The notes under the pieces: generated by a model
Database searches by the model: none
Told to the model about the DNA's origin: nothing
What the model saw: only the letters and a program-made list of their open reading frames with translations
In this document: piece after piece, positions 9,022 to 16,561 of the stretch
How positions within the stretch are numbered: the stretch's first letter is position 1
Layout: every line of letters begins with the position of its first letter
From: a virus
Reading direction: 5' to 3' (one strand)
DNA: 64,000 nt
IMG/VR virus record: IMGVR_UViG_3300027742_000009
Location: 1-64,000 of that record
Made by a program: the position numbers and the translations under genes

Positions 9022-9451
9022 TTATTGTGACTTTGAATTTAAGGGGATGTTCATCCATTTATTATATTCTTTACAAACAGTTACACAGTTTACGCCATAA
9101 TCTTCATAGTCAAGATGACCATGTTCAAGATTTTCAGTTGTTCCGCAAAAAATACAACGGTCATTTAATGGTATGTGATTGCGAGCATATTGACGGGCGG
9201 GCTACTTTTTTATGATTAATATTTCTTTTCCACCAAGTTAGTGGATGTTTTAATTTATCACTTTCATAATGTCTTCTTTGAGACTCTGGATGATTTAAGT
9301 CCCATTGTTCTTTAAGTTTCTTATGGTATTCCCTTGCTTTTGGATGAGTAACCATGTATTTCCTATGATATTCATTGAGTTCTTTGCGGTGTTTCTTTTG
9401 GTATTTCTTCTGATAGTTTGGGTCTTTATAAGTTCCTTTATGACTTACCAT
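9022..9451 (-). pseudogene. HNH endonuclease interrupted by a +1 frameshift
   Basis: ORF 9161-9451 encodes the K/Y/H-rich N-terminal repeats (KKYQKKHRKELNEYHRKY). A 59-codon ORF (9022-9201), one frame over, encodes CIFCGTTENLEHGHLDY...NCVTVCKEYN. Paralogue of the intact 63155-63613. Confidence 0.55.
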
Positions 9452-10899
9452 TATTTGTCCACTTCATTTAACTTATATTTATAGTTATTCATGGTGATTT
9501 TTCCTTCAACACTAAGAACATCTAATAATCTACTTAGTTCTCTTGGTGGTATTTTATCGTTTAACAGTTTTTGTATTTGGTCTGAACTTTGAGGGATAAA
9601 TAGTGTTTTCAATATTACTTTTTTGTTTACTTCTTCCTTATCTTCGATACTAAGTGGTTTTCCTAGTTTGGCTTGGTGAATGTCTATTTTCTCTCCTTGT
9701 TCCCTCTCTTCCAAATTCTTACTCAGTCTATAAATCTTTGGTTTACTGCCAGCACTTTCATCCCAATAGATTAAGCCCGCCGCTTCCAAAGTTGGGATTA
9801 TCTCTTCGTTAAGCCTTTTGGTACTTAATGGTCTTTGATATTCCTTCAAATAAAATGTGAATATATCCCGTTTGTTGAATCCATCATTAACATTTTTTTC
9901 TATTACTCTATGATATATCTCATATATTTCTGGGGAAATTCCCATTTCATTAGCCTCACAAATCTTACTATAGAGAATATATGCTACTTCAACATCTATT
10001 TGGTTAGAGTAAATCATATCCCCTTCTCTTTTCCGATTATGAAAATTCAACAAAGCCCAATATTTAATGAGGCGTAGAAGTCTCTGAAAATCTCTCATAT
10101 GACGTGGATTGAGTTTTCTTTCTCTAATGAATGATTCGGCAATTTCTTCACTATTAGAGATAATCACGTCTTTTATAGACGCTTCTTTTATATCCAAAAT
10201 ACGATTTTTCAACCTTAATCTATCAACATTCTCTCTAATTCCAGCCTCAAACTTTCTGCTTTGCCCATTCCTTCTAGCAGTTAAATGAATTGCCTCTTCT
10301 ATTTTTTCAACATATATATCTGGACTTAACTGGAAAAATCTGGTTGATTCTTGAAGGTTTATTTTTTTAGTGGCGGTACACATAATAACTGTTGGAAATC
10401 CAATTATAATAACATTTTTAGCCCTAAAACCAGATTTTTGGCTTTTATCCGTAAATTTCACTTGTAATTCTTTTTCATCATGACTTAACAAACTTCTTAG
10501 TCTAGCCATCAAAGACATTGAAGGCTGGTCTTTAAATATAAAAATCTTCTTTTCCATATCAACCATACGGGCATGTCTATCTTTATCATATGGACCGAAC
10601 TCATGGAAGAAAGCTGTTGGTGAAGCATATCCAATTCTTTTAACGTCTTCTTGGGGGAAATATTGGGCAAGTTCTAATGCTATATAGGTTTTACCAGTTG
10701 AACTTTCAGACCTAAACATTATATTGCTTTGTTCATCACCGAGATATGTTCCAACCATTATTAACAAGGCTATAACTTTATTTTCCCTATCTTGTTTGAT
10801 TGTCGTGCCAAGAATATCTGCTATCTCTTCCAAGTCCATTTCCTTATTTATTGATTTCATTGCTTCCTCTTTAGCATTCAATTCATTTTCCATAGACAT
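9451..10899 (-). CDS. P-loop NTPase, putative replicative helicase/primase-associated ATPase
   Basis: Walker A SESSTGKT and Walker B-like KIFIFKDQP; C-terminal region looks like winged helix; close to the primase gene. Confidence 0.45.
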   Translation of the reverse strand: MSMENELNAKEEAMKSINKEMDLEEIADILGTTIKQDRENKVIALLIMVGTYLGDEQSNIMFRSESSTGKTYIALELAQYFPQEDVKRIGYASPTAFFHEFGPYDKDRHARMVDMEKKIFIFKDQPSMSLMARLRSLLSHDEKELQVKFTDKSQKSGFRAKNVIIIGFPTVIMCTATKKINLQESTRFFQLSPDIYVEKIEEAIHLTARRNGQSRKFEAGIRENVDRLRLKNRILDIKEASIKDVIISNSEEIAESFIRERKLNPRHMRDFQRLLRLIKYWALLNFHNRKREGDMIYSNQIDVEVAYILYSKICEANEMGISPEIYEIYHRVIEKNVNDGFNKRDIFTFYLKEYQRPLSTKRLNEEIIPTLEAAGLIYWDESAGSKPKIYRLSKNLEEREQGEKIDIHQAKLGKPLSIEDKEEVNKKVILKTLFIPQSSDQIQKLLNDKIPPRELSRLLDVLSVEGKITMNNYKYKLNEVDK

Positions 10900-10900
10900 G

Positions 10901-11068
10901 TTATTTATCCCCTACTATGGGGGTATTATTACCCCCCTTATTAAAGATAATATAAGTATATTTATTACGTCCACAATTAGGACAAATCCACCGTTGACTC
11001 AAACCTTTCTTAGTACGCCTTTTACCATTCTTAACCATTTCAGTTTTACACTCTGGACACTTCAACAT
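10901..11068 (-). CDS. small zinc-ribbon protein (55 aa, below ORF-track cutoff)
   Basis: Hand translation MLKCPECKTEMVKNGKRRTKKGLSQRWICPNCGRNKY...; the stop lies 1 nt before the start of 9451-10899. Confidence 0.45.
   Translation of the reverse strand: MLKCPECKTEMVKNGKRRTKKGLSQRWICPNCGRNKYTYIIFNKGGNNTPIVGDK
10919..10936 (-). promoter_or_regulatory. GC-rich hairpin (7-bp stem GGGGGTA/TACCCCC, 4-nt loop) upstream of the helicase start
   Basis: Perfect palindrome read directly. An alternative CCCC(10909-12)/GGGG(10919-22) pairing overlaps it. Confidence 0.4.
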
Positions 11069-11197
11069 ATTTCACTCACTCAATTATATGATAAAGTGAT
11101 ATATAAAAGTTACTATTGAAGAAAACTTCTTCTTTATAAGTTTATTTATTACTAACACTAATTAACGGAAAAGAAAGGGATAAAGATAAAAAGGAAT

Positions 11198-12091
11198 TTA
11201 GTTGGGTTGTTTTGGTTCTGGTGCTTTGGAAGTTCCAACCCTCTTTACTGTGCTATCTTGTGGGGGAAGAAGCAGTTTCTTCTCTTCTTCTTCACGTTTC
11301 TTCTTACGTAGTTCTTCACATTTCTTGCTTGTATAAGCTGGGTCATATATAAACTGGAACAACTGTGCGTCCCAAAACTTGTATATTGTTTCTATTGGAA
11401 TAATAAAGCCCATCCAAGTAATAATATCCACGCTAAAGCCAAGTTGATAACCGCTTATTCTAGCTGTAACACCTATATATTCATGTGTTTCATCCATAAA
11501 GTCACTTCCGCCACTATTACCGAATATAGTGTTAGCAGTTGACAACCAATATTCTTCATTCTCTATAATGTCATGTTTACCCATTAAGATTCCTTTGTTC
11601 AGAATAGGTTCATGTCCCAATGAACAACCACAAGAGCAACTTCCCATTCCAATTTTGATTTCATCAGATTTACCTTTCGGGTAAAGTTTTGCAACATATT
11701 TGAATGGTTTACTTGTCTTCAATTTTAGCAACGCCAAATCATATTGTTGGTCCCAAGCCATAATCTCAGCATTATAAGCAGAAGCCCCAGTAATCGTACT
11801 CATTTCTTCATACTCAAAAATCTCCACTTGCACTAACTCACGAACTTCAGTTTCAATAGTTCTATCAGCAAAAGGATGTTTCTTCTTCACTTTCTTAATA
11901 GCACTTTCAACAACGTGATGGCACGTCATAACATAAGTTTCATATTTCCCATTGTTATCTGGAATTGGCTTACTATAAACAATCAATCCAGAACCACCCG
12001 CCTTAGCCGTTCTCACCCGCACCGTAGGATAAATCATATCTTCATGTTCACTTTTTATCCGTTTAAGAGTTTCTTCACTAAATCTGCTCAT
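11198..12091 (-). CDS. trypsin-like (S1/DegP-type) serine protease
   Basis: Catalytic triad contexts TCHHV, DLALLKL and GNSGGS; unusual SCSCGCS insert; basic/acidic C-terminal tail. Confidence 0.7.
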   Translation of the reverse strand: MSRFSEETLKRIKSEHEDMIYPTVRVRTAKAGGSGLIVYSKPIPDNNGKYETYVMTCHHVVESAIKKVKKKHPFADRTIETEVRELVQVEIFEYEEMSTITGASAYNAEIMAWDQQYDLALLKLKTSKPFKYVAKLYPKGKSDEIKIGMGSCSCGCSLGHEPILNKGILMGKHDIIENEEYWLSTANTIFGNSGGSDFMDETHEYIGVTARISGYQLGFSVDIITWMGFIIPIETIYKFWDAQLFQFIYDPAYTSKKCEELRKKKREEEEKKLLLPPQDSTVKRVGTSKAPEPKQPN

Positions 12092-12183
12092 TTAATCACT
12101 ATCATATTCTATATTGAATTCTCCCTAATAAAAGTTGTGGTTTTTTTTCTAAACATTTAAATATCACTTCCCCTATTAACTAT

Positions 12184-13338
12184 TTGATAATATTGTTTGA
12201 GAAAATAAAATTTCACGCTAATCTAACGCTTGGCAATTTTTGGCTAAGTTGGTTTGGGAACTTTGGTAGGGAACTAGGTTCTAATGTTCCACATTCATTC
12301 GGAACAAATCCATATGGCGATGAATTGTCACATAGAATGTTTACTGATAAACCATCGGAATATATGAATTTTATTGATTGGTGCATTAAACGTGGAAAAG
12401 CATGTTGGATTACTTCCCAGCCAATGCGTGAATATGGTGTGCCATTGGGAATAGAAAAATTGTTTTTTGATTTTGATTATCCATTAAAAAAGAATTGGAA
12501 TATGACTCCACGAAGAAGAGAAAAAGTTAAAGAACAAGTTTTGGAGTTTCTTAAACCATTAGATTATGAACCATTATTAGTAGCTACCCGCAAAGGCTTT
12601 CACGCTTATATTTTCTTACGAAGAGTTTACGAGTTTGAACCACAAAACTTTGATTTCGCCAAAGATGTTTTTGGCGTATTAGCATTATCCATGATTGGCT
12701 TACCAAAATTATATGAACAGTTAGAAGAGGAAGACCGTAAAAAGTGGAAGTATCTTGATTTTGTTCCGTTAGGTGATATTAATCGTATGGCTAGAGTACC
12801 TTTAACTCCACACGAAAAAACTGGTGAAGTCTGCCAGATATTAGACCGTAAGTTGAAACCAACTAAAGTTAGAAGTTTAGATTTGTACCGTACATATGGT
12901 CTTCGTGAAGATAAAATTCGTGAAGCAGTAGAAATAGTTAAGGATTACTACCAAAAGAAAGTGAATAGAGAAAAAAGAAGAATTGAATCTGGAAGTAAAG
13001 ACTTTGCGAATGGCGGCGGAAAATTTCATGGGCAAATAAGACCGTGTTTTCTGGAAAGAATGAGAATTGGAGAAATGGTTCATCAACAACGACTTGCCTT
13101 TCTCATTGAAATATACTGGAGTAAAATAAAAAATCAAAGACAATGGAGTAGAATGAGAAAAGAAGAAACAATGATAAACTTTTTCCGTCAATTCAAAGAT
13201 TTCAAAGAGAAAGAAACTAGATACTACGTTAATTATTTTCTAAACCATAACCCAAATAAATTTCCACCATACCGTTGCAAAACACTAGAAAGATTAGGTT
13301 ACTGCTTAAAGAGTGAATGTCCATTTTACAAACAATAA
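12184..13338 (+). CDS. archaeo-eukaryotic primase (PriS-like) with C-terminal Cys-cluster domain
   Basis: AEP motifs FFDFDY (DxD), RKGFHAYIF (sGxH) and RVPLTPHEKTG. C-terminal cysteines at PCF, YRC, GYC and SEC. Start uncertain: TTG 12184, first in-frame ATG 12337. Confidence 0.6.
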   Translation: MIILFEKIKFHANLTLGNFWLSWFGNFGRELGSNVPHSFGTNPYGDELSHRMFTDKPSEYMNFIDWCIKRGKACWITSQPMREYGVPLGIEKLFFDFDYPLKKNWNMTPRRREKVKEQVLEFLKPLDYEPLLVATRKGFHAYIFLRRVYEFEPQNFDFAKDVFGVLALSMIGLPKLYEQLEEEDRKKWKYLDFVPLGDINRMARVPLTPHEKTGEVCQILDRKLKPTKVRSLDLYRTYGLREDKIREAVEIVKDYYQKKVNREKRRIESGSKDFANGGGKFHGQIRPCFLERMRIGEMVHQQRLAFLIEIYWSKIKNQRQWSRMRKEETMINFFRQFKDFKEKETRYYVNYFLNHNPNKFPPYRCKTLERLGYCLKSECPFYKQ

Positions 13339-13371
13339 TAATACTTATAAACATTATCATCATATTATTAT

Positions 13372-13752
13372 ATGGTGATAATAATGGGTTTTTCGGAGTG
13401 GTTGTTGAGTAATAATAAACTTGAAAGGTTAAAAGCTTGTTTTTATGCTTTAGAAATTGGAACAGTAATTTGTAGTTTAATAGATAAGATAACTACGTTT
13501 ATTGCTTTAACATATTGGGGAGCAATCGAAATAAATCCTTTTGCAAATCATCTAATGAATATTATTGGTGTTGTTCCAGCCCTCATTATAGGATTCTTAG
13601 CTTCTATAAGTCCAATATTACTAATTCATTATGGCATTCGCAGACTCAAATGGAATAAAGAAGGACACTATTGGATTTTCACAATATTCATGACAGTTTA
13701 TTTTGCTACGTTTTATAAATTAATTGAAGGTCAAATAATGGGGTGTCTATAA
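13372..13752 (+). CDS. integral membrane protein (DUF5658-like)
   Basis: Four hydrophobic segments; ALTYWGAIEINPFANHLM resembles the E-x-NP motif of the archaeal DUF5658 family. Confidence 0.45.
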   Translation: MVIIMGFSEWLLSNNKLERLKACFYALEIGTVICSLIDKITTFIALTYWGAIEINPFANHLMNIIGVVPALIIGFLASISPILLIHYGIRRLKWNKEGHYWIFTIFMTVYFATFYKLIEGQIMGCL

Positions 13753-14030
13753 TGAATTACACTATTATTATTATCTTTGCAATATATATGTTTCTCATAT
13801 TATTCTTGAGAAAGAGATACAAAAAGGCAAAGTGGAATCCGTTTGAACAAGCAAAAATGAATTCTATTATCAAGCGGGAAAACGATTGGGTGTTTGAGAG
13901 ACCATTTAAACGTTTTGAATATGTCAACAAAAAAGTAAGTGATGGAACAGTAATTGGAATATATCTTATTCCAAAACCGAAAACCAAGAAACAAATTAAG
14001 TATGAGAAACTCTGTAAGAAATGGCGATAG
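13743..14030 (+). CDS. membrane-anchored hypothetical protein
   Basis: N-terminal TM segment IIIIFAIYMFLILFL followed by a basic tail; overlaps the upstream stop. Confidence 0.4.
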   Translation: MSIMNYTIIIIFAIYMFLILFLRKRYKKAKWNPFEQAKMNSIIKRENDWVFERPFKRFEYVNKKVSDGTVIGIYLIPKPKTKKQIKYEKLCKKWR

Positions 14031-14081
14031 AAATACTTATAAACTAATTTTATTATTATATTAAGCAGAGTTGATAATAAC

Positions 14082-14249
14082 ATGGATGATAAGTTTATAG
14101 TAGCGTTGACTGGAGTTGTTTGTATCACTTCGATTAGTGTTGCTTGTATCGTTTCTGGAATAGACGGAGTTGTTGTAGGTTCTGCCATAGGTGCAATATC
14201 AGGCATTATTGCTGGCATATTTGGCTATTTGAAAGGTAAAGGTAATTAA
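14082..14249 (+). CDS. small two-TM membrane protein (55 aa, below ORF-track cutoff)
   Basis: Hand translation MDDKFIVALTGVVCITSISVACIVSGIDGVVVGSAIGAISGIIAGIFGYLKGKGN. The antisense track ORF 13757-14218 is probably spurious. Confidence 0.4.
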   Translation: MDDKFIVALTGVVCITSISVACIVSGIDGVVVGSAIGAISGIIAGIFGYLKGKGN

Positions 14250-14254
14250 TTGGT

Positions 14255-14638
14255 GTGAATACAATGGTTGTTGCAAAAACCGATGTATTTGAACCAACAA
14301 GAAGCTACGTTAAAATGCTTTCTAAATTAATAAAGTCTCTTCAAAAAGCAAAACCAAAAGACAGACTAGATTATTCTGTTGAAATAACAAAGTGTCTAAA
14401 TGCAATACTGGTAAGCGTGAAAGGTTGGAATGCATGGTTAACCAATTTGGAAGCTCTAAAAGTTTTATCATTAGAAGATTTACAACAAGCCTACCCAAAA
14501 CTATTAGAAACAAGTATTGCTTTTCTCAAGATAGATGTGGAAGTCACAAAAAAGAAATTGCTTGAAGCTTCAGTTAAGTATAACGAAAATAAACAAAAAC
14601 ACAAGTCAAAGGATTATAGAGAACCTTACGTTTCCTAA
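14255..14638 (+). CDS. hypothetical protein
   Basis: 127-aa helical ORF. No motif recognised. Confidence 0.45.
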   Translation: MNTMVVAKTDVFEPTRSYVKMLSKLIKSLQKAKPKDRLDYSVEITKCLNAILVSVKGWNAWLTNLEALKVLSLEDLQQAYPKLLETSIAFLKIDVEVTKKKLLEASVKYNENKQKHKSKDYREPYVS

Positions 14639-14647
14639 AAGCAAAGA

Positions 14648-14655
14648 TTTATATA
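14648..14655 (+). promoter_or_regulatory. archaeal-type TATA box (TTTATATA) with A-rich BRE-like flank
   Basis: AAAGATTTATATAT lies 37 nt upstream of ATG 14692; AGGTG SD at 14681-14685. Confidence 0.4.
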
Positions 14656-14691
14656 TCGCCTTTCTAACTATATTATTATAAGGTGTAAATA

Positions 14692-15195
14692 ATGAGTAAA
14701 CAAGAATCAGGCTCTTTTGTTCCAGAAGAAAAACAAATAAAACCACCACCACCACCGCCAATTAATCCCAATACTGCTTTACTTGTGGTAATGCGTGAAA
14801 TTAGGGACGCAGTAAAAGAAAACATGGAAGCACTTAATAGTCTTTTGACTACACTTGTTGGACAAACAAGAAATGAATTTACAACTCCACAAGGAAAAAC
14901 CACAGTTACAACTTCAATAAAAGAAACCCCAGCAAAAGAAACTCCACTTCCAATGCCAACATTAACTCCAGAAACCACTTCAGCTACAACTCCAATAGAA
15001 AACATTAAAATGATGTTTCCACAAGACCTAGAAAACCTATTAGCATTCACAGATGAAGGAACTTACATTAAAGTTAAGCCACGTCAGTTTTTGGGTTCAG
15101 ACAACTTTGCCAAGATAGCCTCAGTAGTTCGTGCCGCAAACGGTGAATACAAGTCTGCTGGAAAAGAAAGCCATTTCAGAATACCAAAGAGATAG
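14692..15195 (+). CDS. hypothetical protein with poly-Pro and Thr/Pro-rich linker
   Basis: KPPPPPPINP, then the TTPQGKTTVTTSIKETPAKETPLPMPTLTPETTSATTP linker, then a globular C-terminal domain. Confidence 0.5.
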   Translation: MSKQESGSFVPEEKQIKPPPPPPINPNTALLVVMREIRDAVKENMEALNSLLTTLVGQTRNEFTTPQGKTTVTTSIKETPAKETPLPMPTLTPETTSATTPIENIKMMFPQDLENLLAFTDEGTYIKVKPRQFLGSDNFAKIASVVRAANGEYKSAGKESHFRIPKR

Positions 15196-15205
15196 GTGAA
15201 ATCTA

Positions 15206-15322
15206 TTGGAAAAGACTTGCAAATTCTGTGGCAAGAAATTCAAAACTTACAATAGCAAACGCAAGTTTTGTAGTCGTAAATGTTTCTATGCATGGTTAAA
15301 GAAGGTAGCTGAAAATGATTAA
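15206..15322 (+). CDS. small Cys4 zinc-binding peptide (38 aa)
   Basis: TTG start 6 nt after AGGTGA. Reads LEKTCKFCGKKFKTYNSKRKFCSRKCFYAW...; overlaps ATG 15315. Confidence 0.3.
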   Translation: MEKTCKFCGKKFKTYNSKRKFCSRKCFYAWLKKVAEND

Positions 15323-16382
15323 ACCAGCAAACAATAATTTGAGAGGAATGTTCCTAGATGCAGATGATGTACGAGTTATAACTATTGATTTGCCACTAAT
15401 AACTAAACGTCTTGTCGGTAAGAAACGTGTTTATGGAGAATTGGCTTTAATTGGTGATTTCCATTATGGGCACGAAGAATTTTCTCATAGTGTATTAAAT
15501 GGTTATCTTAATTATTTCAAAGCACATCCTTACATACAATTCGGATTAATGGGAGATTACGTAAACTATGCTGAAACTTCATGGCACGTCAGAGATGAAA
15601 CAATGACGATAGATAAACAGATAGAACAGTTTTGTGGTGATTGGAGACCATTCAAAAACCGCATTAAGTTTATGCTTTCTGGAAATCACGATGAACGATT
15701 TATTAGAGTAACAAAATCATATCGTTTTCTACGTAACTTAGCATTGGAAATGGGGATAAACCCAGATAAATGTTCTATTGGTGAACCGCAAAGAGGATTC
15801 TTTCTAGTTGTAAAAGCTGGAGAGAAATTGTATGGTGGATATGTTCATCACGGTTCTACCAACGCTAGAATAAACCGTAAACTTCAACTGAAACGTATGG
15901 GTTCTAATAATCAAGTATGTTTCATAGCACATGGACACACTCACGAATTGAGTTGGGGAGAAAAACGCACATTCCGTAGTTTAGAAATTATAAATGGAGA
16001 AGTAAAAAATGTTGTTCGAAGACAATTCTTAATTTCAACTGGATGTTTCCTAAAATATCCAAGTTATGCAGAAGCAAAAAGTTATCCATACACGGATGTT
16101 GGATGTCCAATACTTAGGTTTTATGCTGACGAATCAGAAATGGAAATATATGATTTAACATCTCACTATAAACAATTTCTATCTAAAGGTGGAATATCTT
16201 TTCAAGGAATAAAAAAACCCTTATCAACAGAACTAAAGAAAATACTTCCTAAAAAAACAAAATGTCCAAATTGTGGAAGTATAGCCTCTCAAAAAAGAGG
16301 AATTGAAGTTAACAAAACTGGTAAACGTCAACGTTATCAATGTTTGAAATGTGGGAAATGGTTTAGCGTTCAAATGGAGTGA
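15315..16382 (+). CDS. calcineurin-like metallophosphoesterase (Mre11/SbcD-like or NinI-like) with C-terminal zinc ribbon
   Basis: Motifs GDFHYGH, GDYVNY, GNHDE, HHGS and GHTHE in canonical order. C-terminus CPNCGS...YQCLKCGKWF. Confidence 0.7.
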   Translation: MIKPANNNLRGMFLDADDVRVITIDLPLITKRLVGKKRVYGELALIGDFHYGHEEFSHSVLNGYLNYFKAHPYIQFGLMGDYVNYAETSWHVRDETMTIDKQIEQFCGDWRPFKNRIKFMLSGNHDERFIRVTKSYRFLRNLALEMGINPDKCSIGEPQRGFFLVVKAGEKLYGGYVHHGSTNARINRKLQLKRMGSNNQVCFIAHGHTHELSWGEKRTFRSLEIINGEVKNVVRRQFLISTGCFLKYPSYAEAKSYPYTDVGCPILRFYADESEMEIYDLTSHYKQFLSKGGISFQGIKKPLSTELKKILPKKTKCPNCGSIASQKRGIEVNKTGKRQRYQCLKCGKWFSVQME

Positions 16383-16561
16383 ATCATGTGACTGAGGGAA
16401 AATGTGACAGTTGCGGGGCAATTGTTGATACCTTAGTTCCAATCCGCATTTTATGTGAAACTAACGGTGCTATGGAAATGCAACTTAGACACTACTGCCC
16501 AGAATGTTTTATGGAGATGATGGATAATTGGGAACGTGATAAGAAAGATGAAGAAAAATAA
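16379..16561 (+). CDS. small zinc-finger protein
   Basis: CDSCGA...HYCPECF; 4-nt overlap with the upstream gene and 26-nt overlap with the Lon gene. Confidence 0.4.
   Translation: MNHVTEGKCDSCGAIVDTLVPIRILCETNGAMEMQLRHYCPECFMEMMDNWERDKKDEEK

Noticed and set aside
9027-9215. 62-aa plus-strand track ORF
   Set aside because: It is antisense to the HNH nuclease-domain fragment (9022-9201), whose translation contains clear CxxC/H/N motifs. The plus-strand product has no features.
13757-14218. 153-aa minus-strand track ORF, and similar long antisense ORFs at 2927-3259, 3514-3915, 4393-4704, 10724-11119, 14676-15050, 29519-29851, 43928-44311, 50963-51370 and 60171-60581
   Set aside because: Each lies antisense to, or overlaps, an ORF with recognisable motifs or better context. 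Their translations are low-complexity (Ile/Phe/Ser/Leu-rich), as expected for the reverse strand of AT-rich coding DNA. For 13757-14218, a hand-found plus-strand membrane ORF (14082-14249) and 13743-14030 explain the region.
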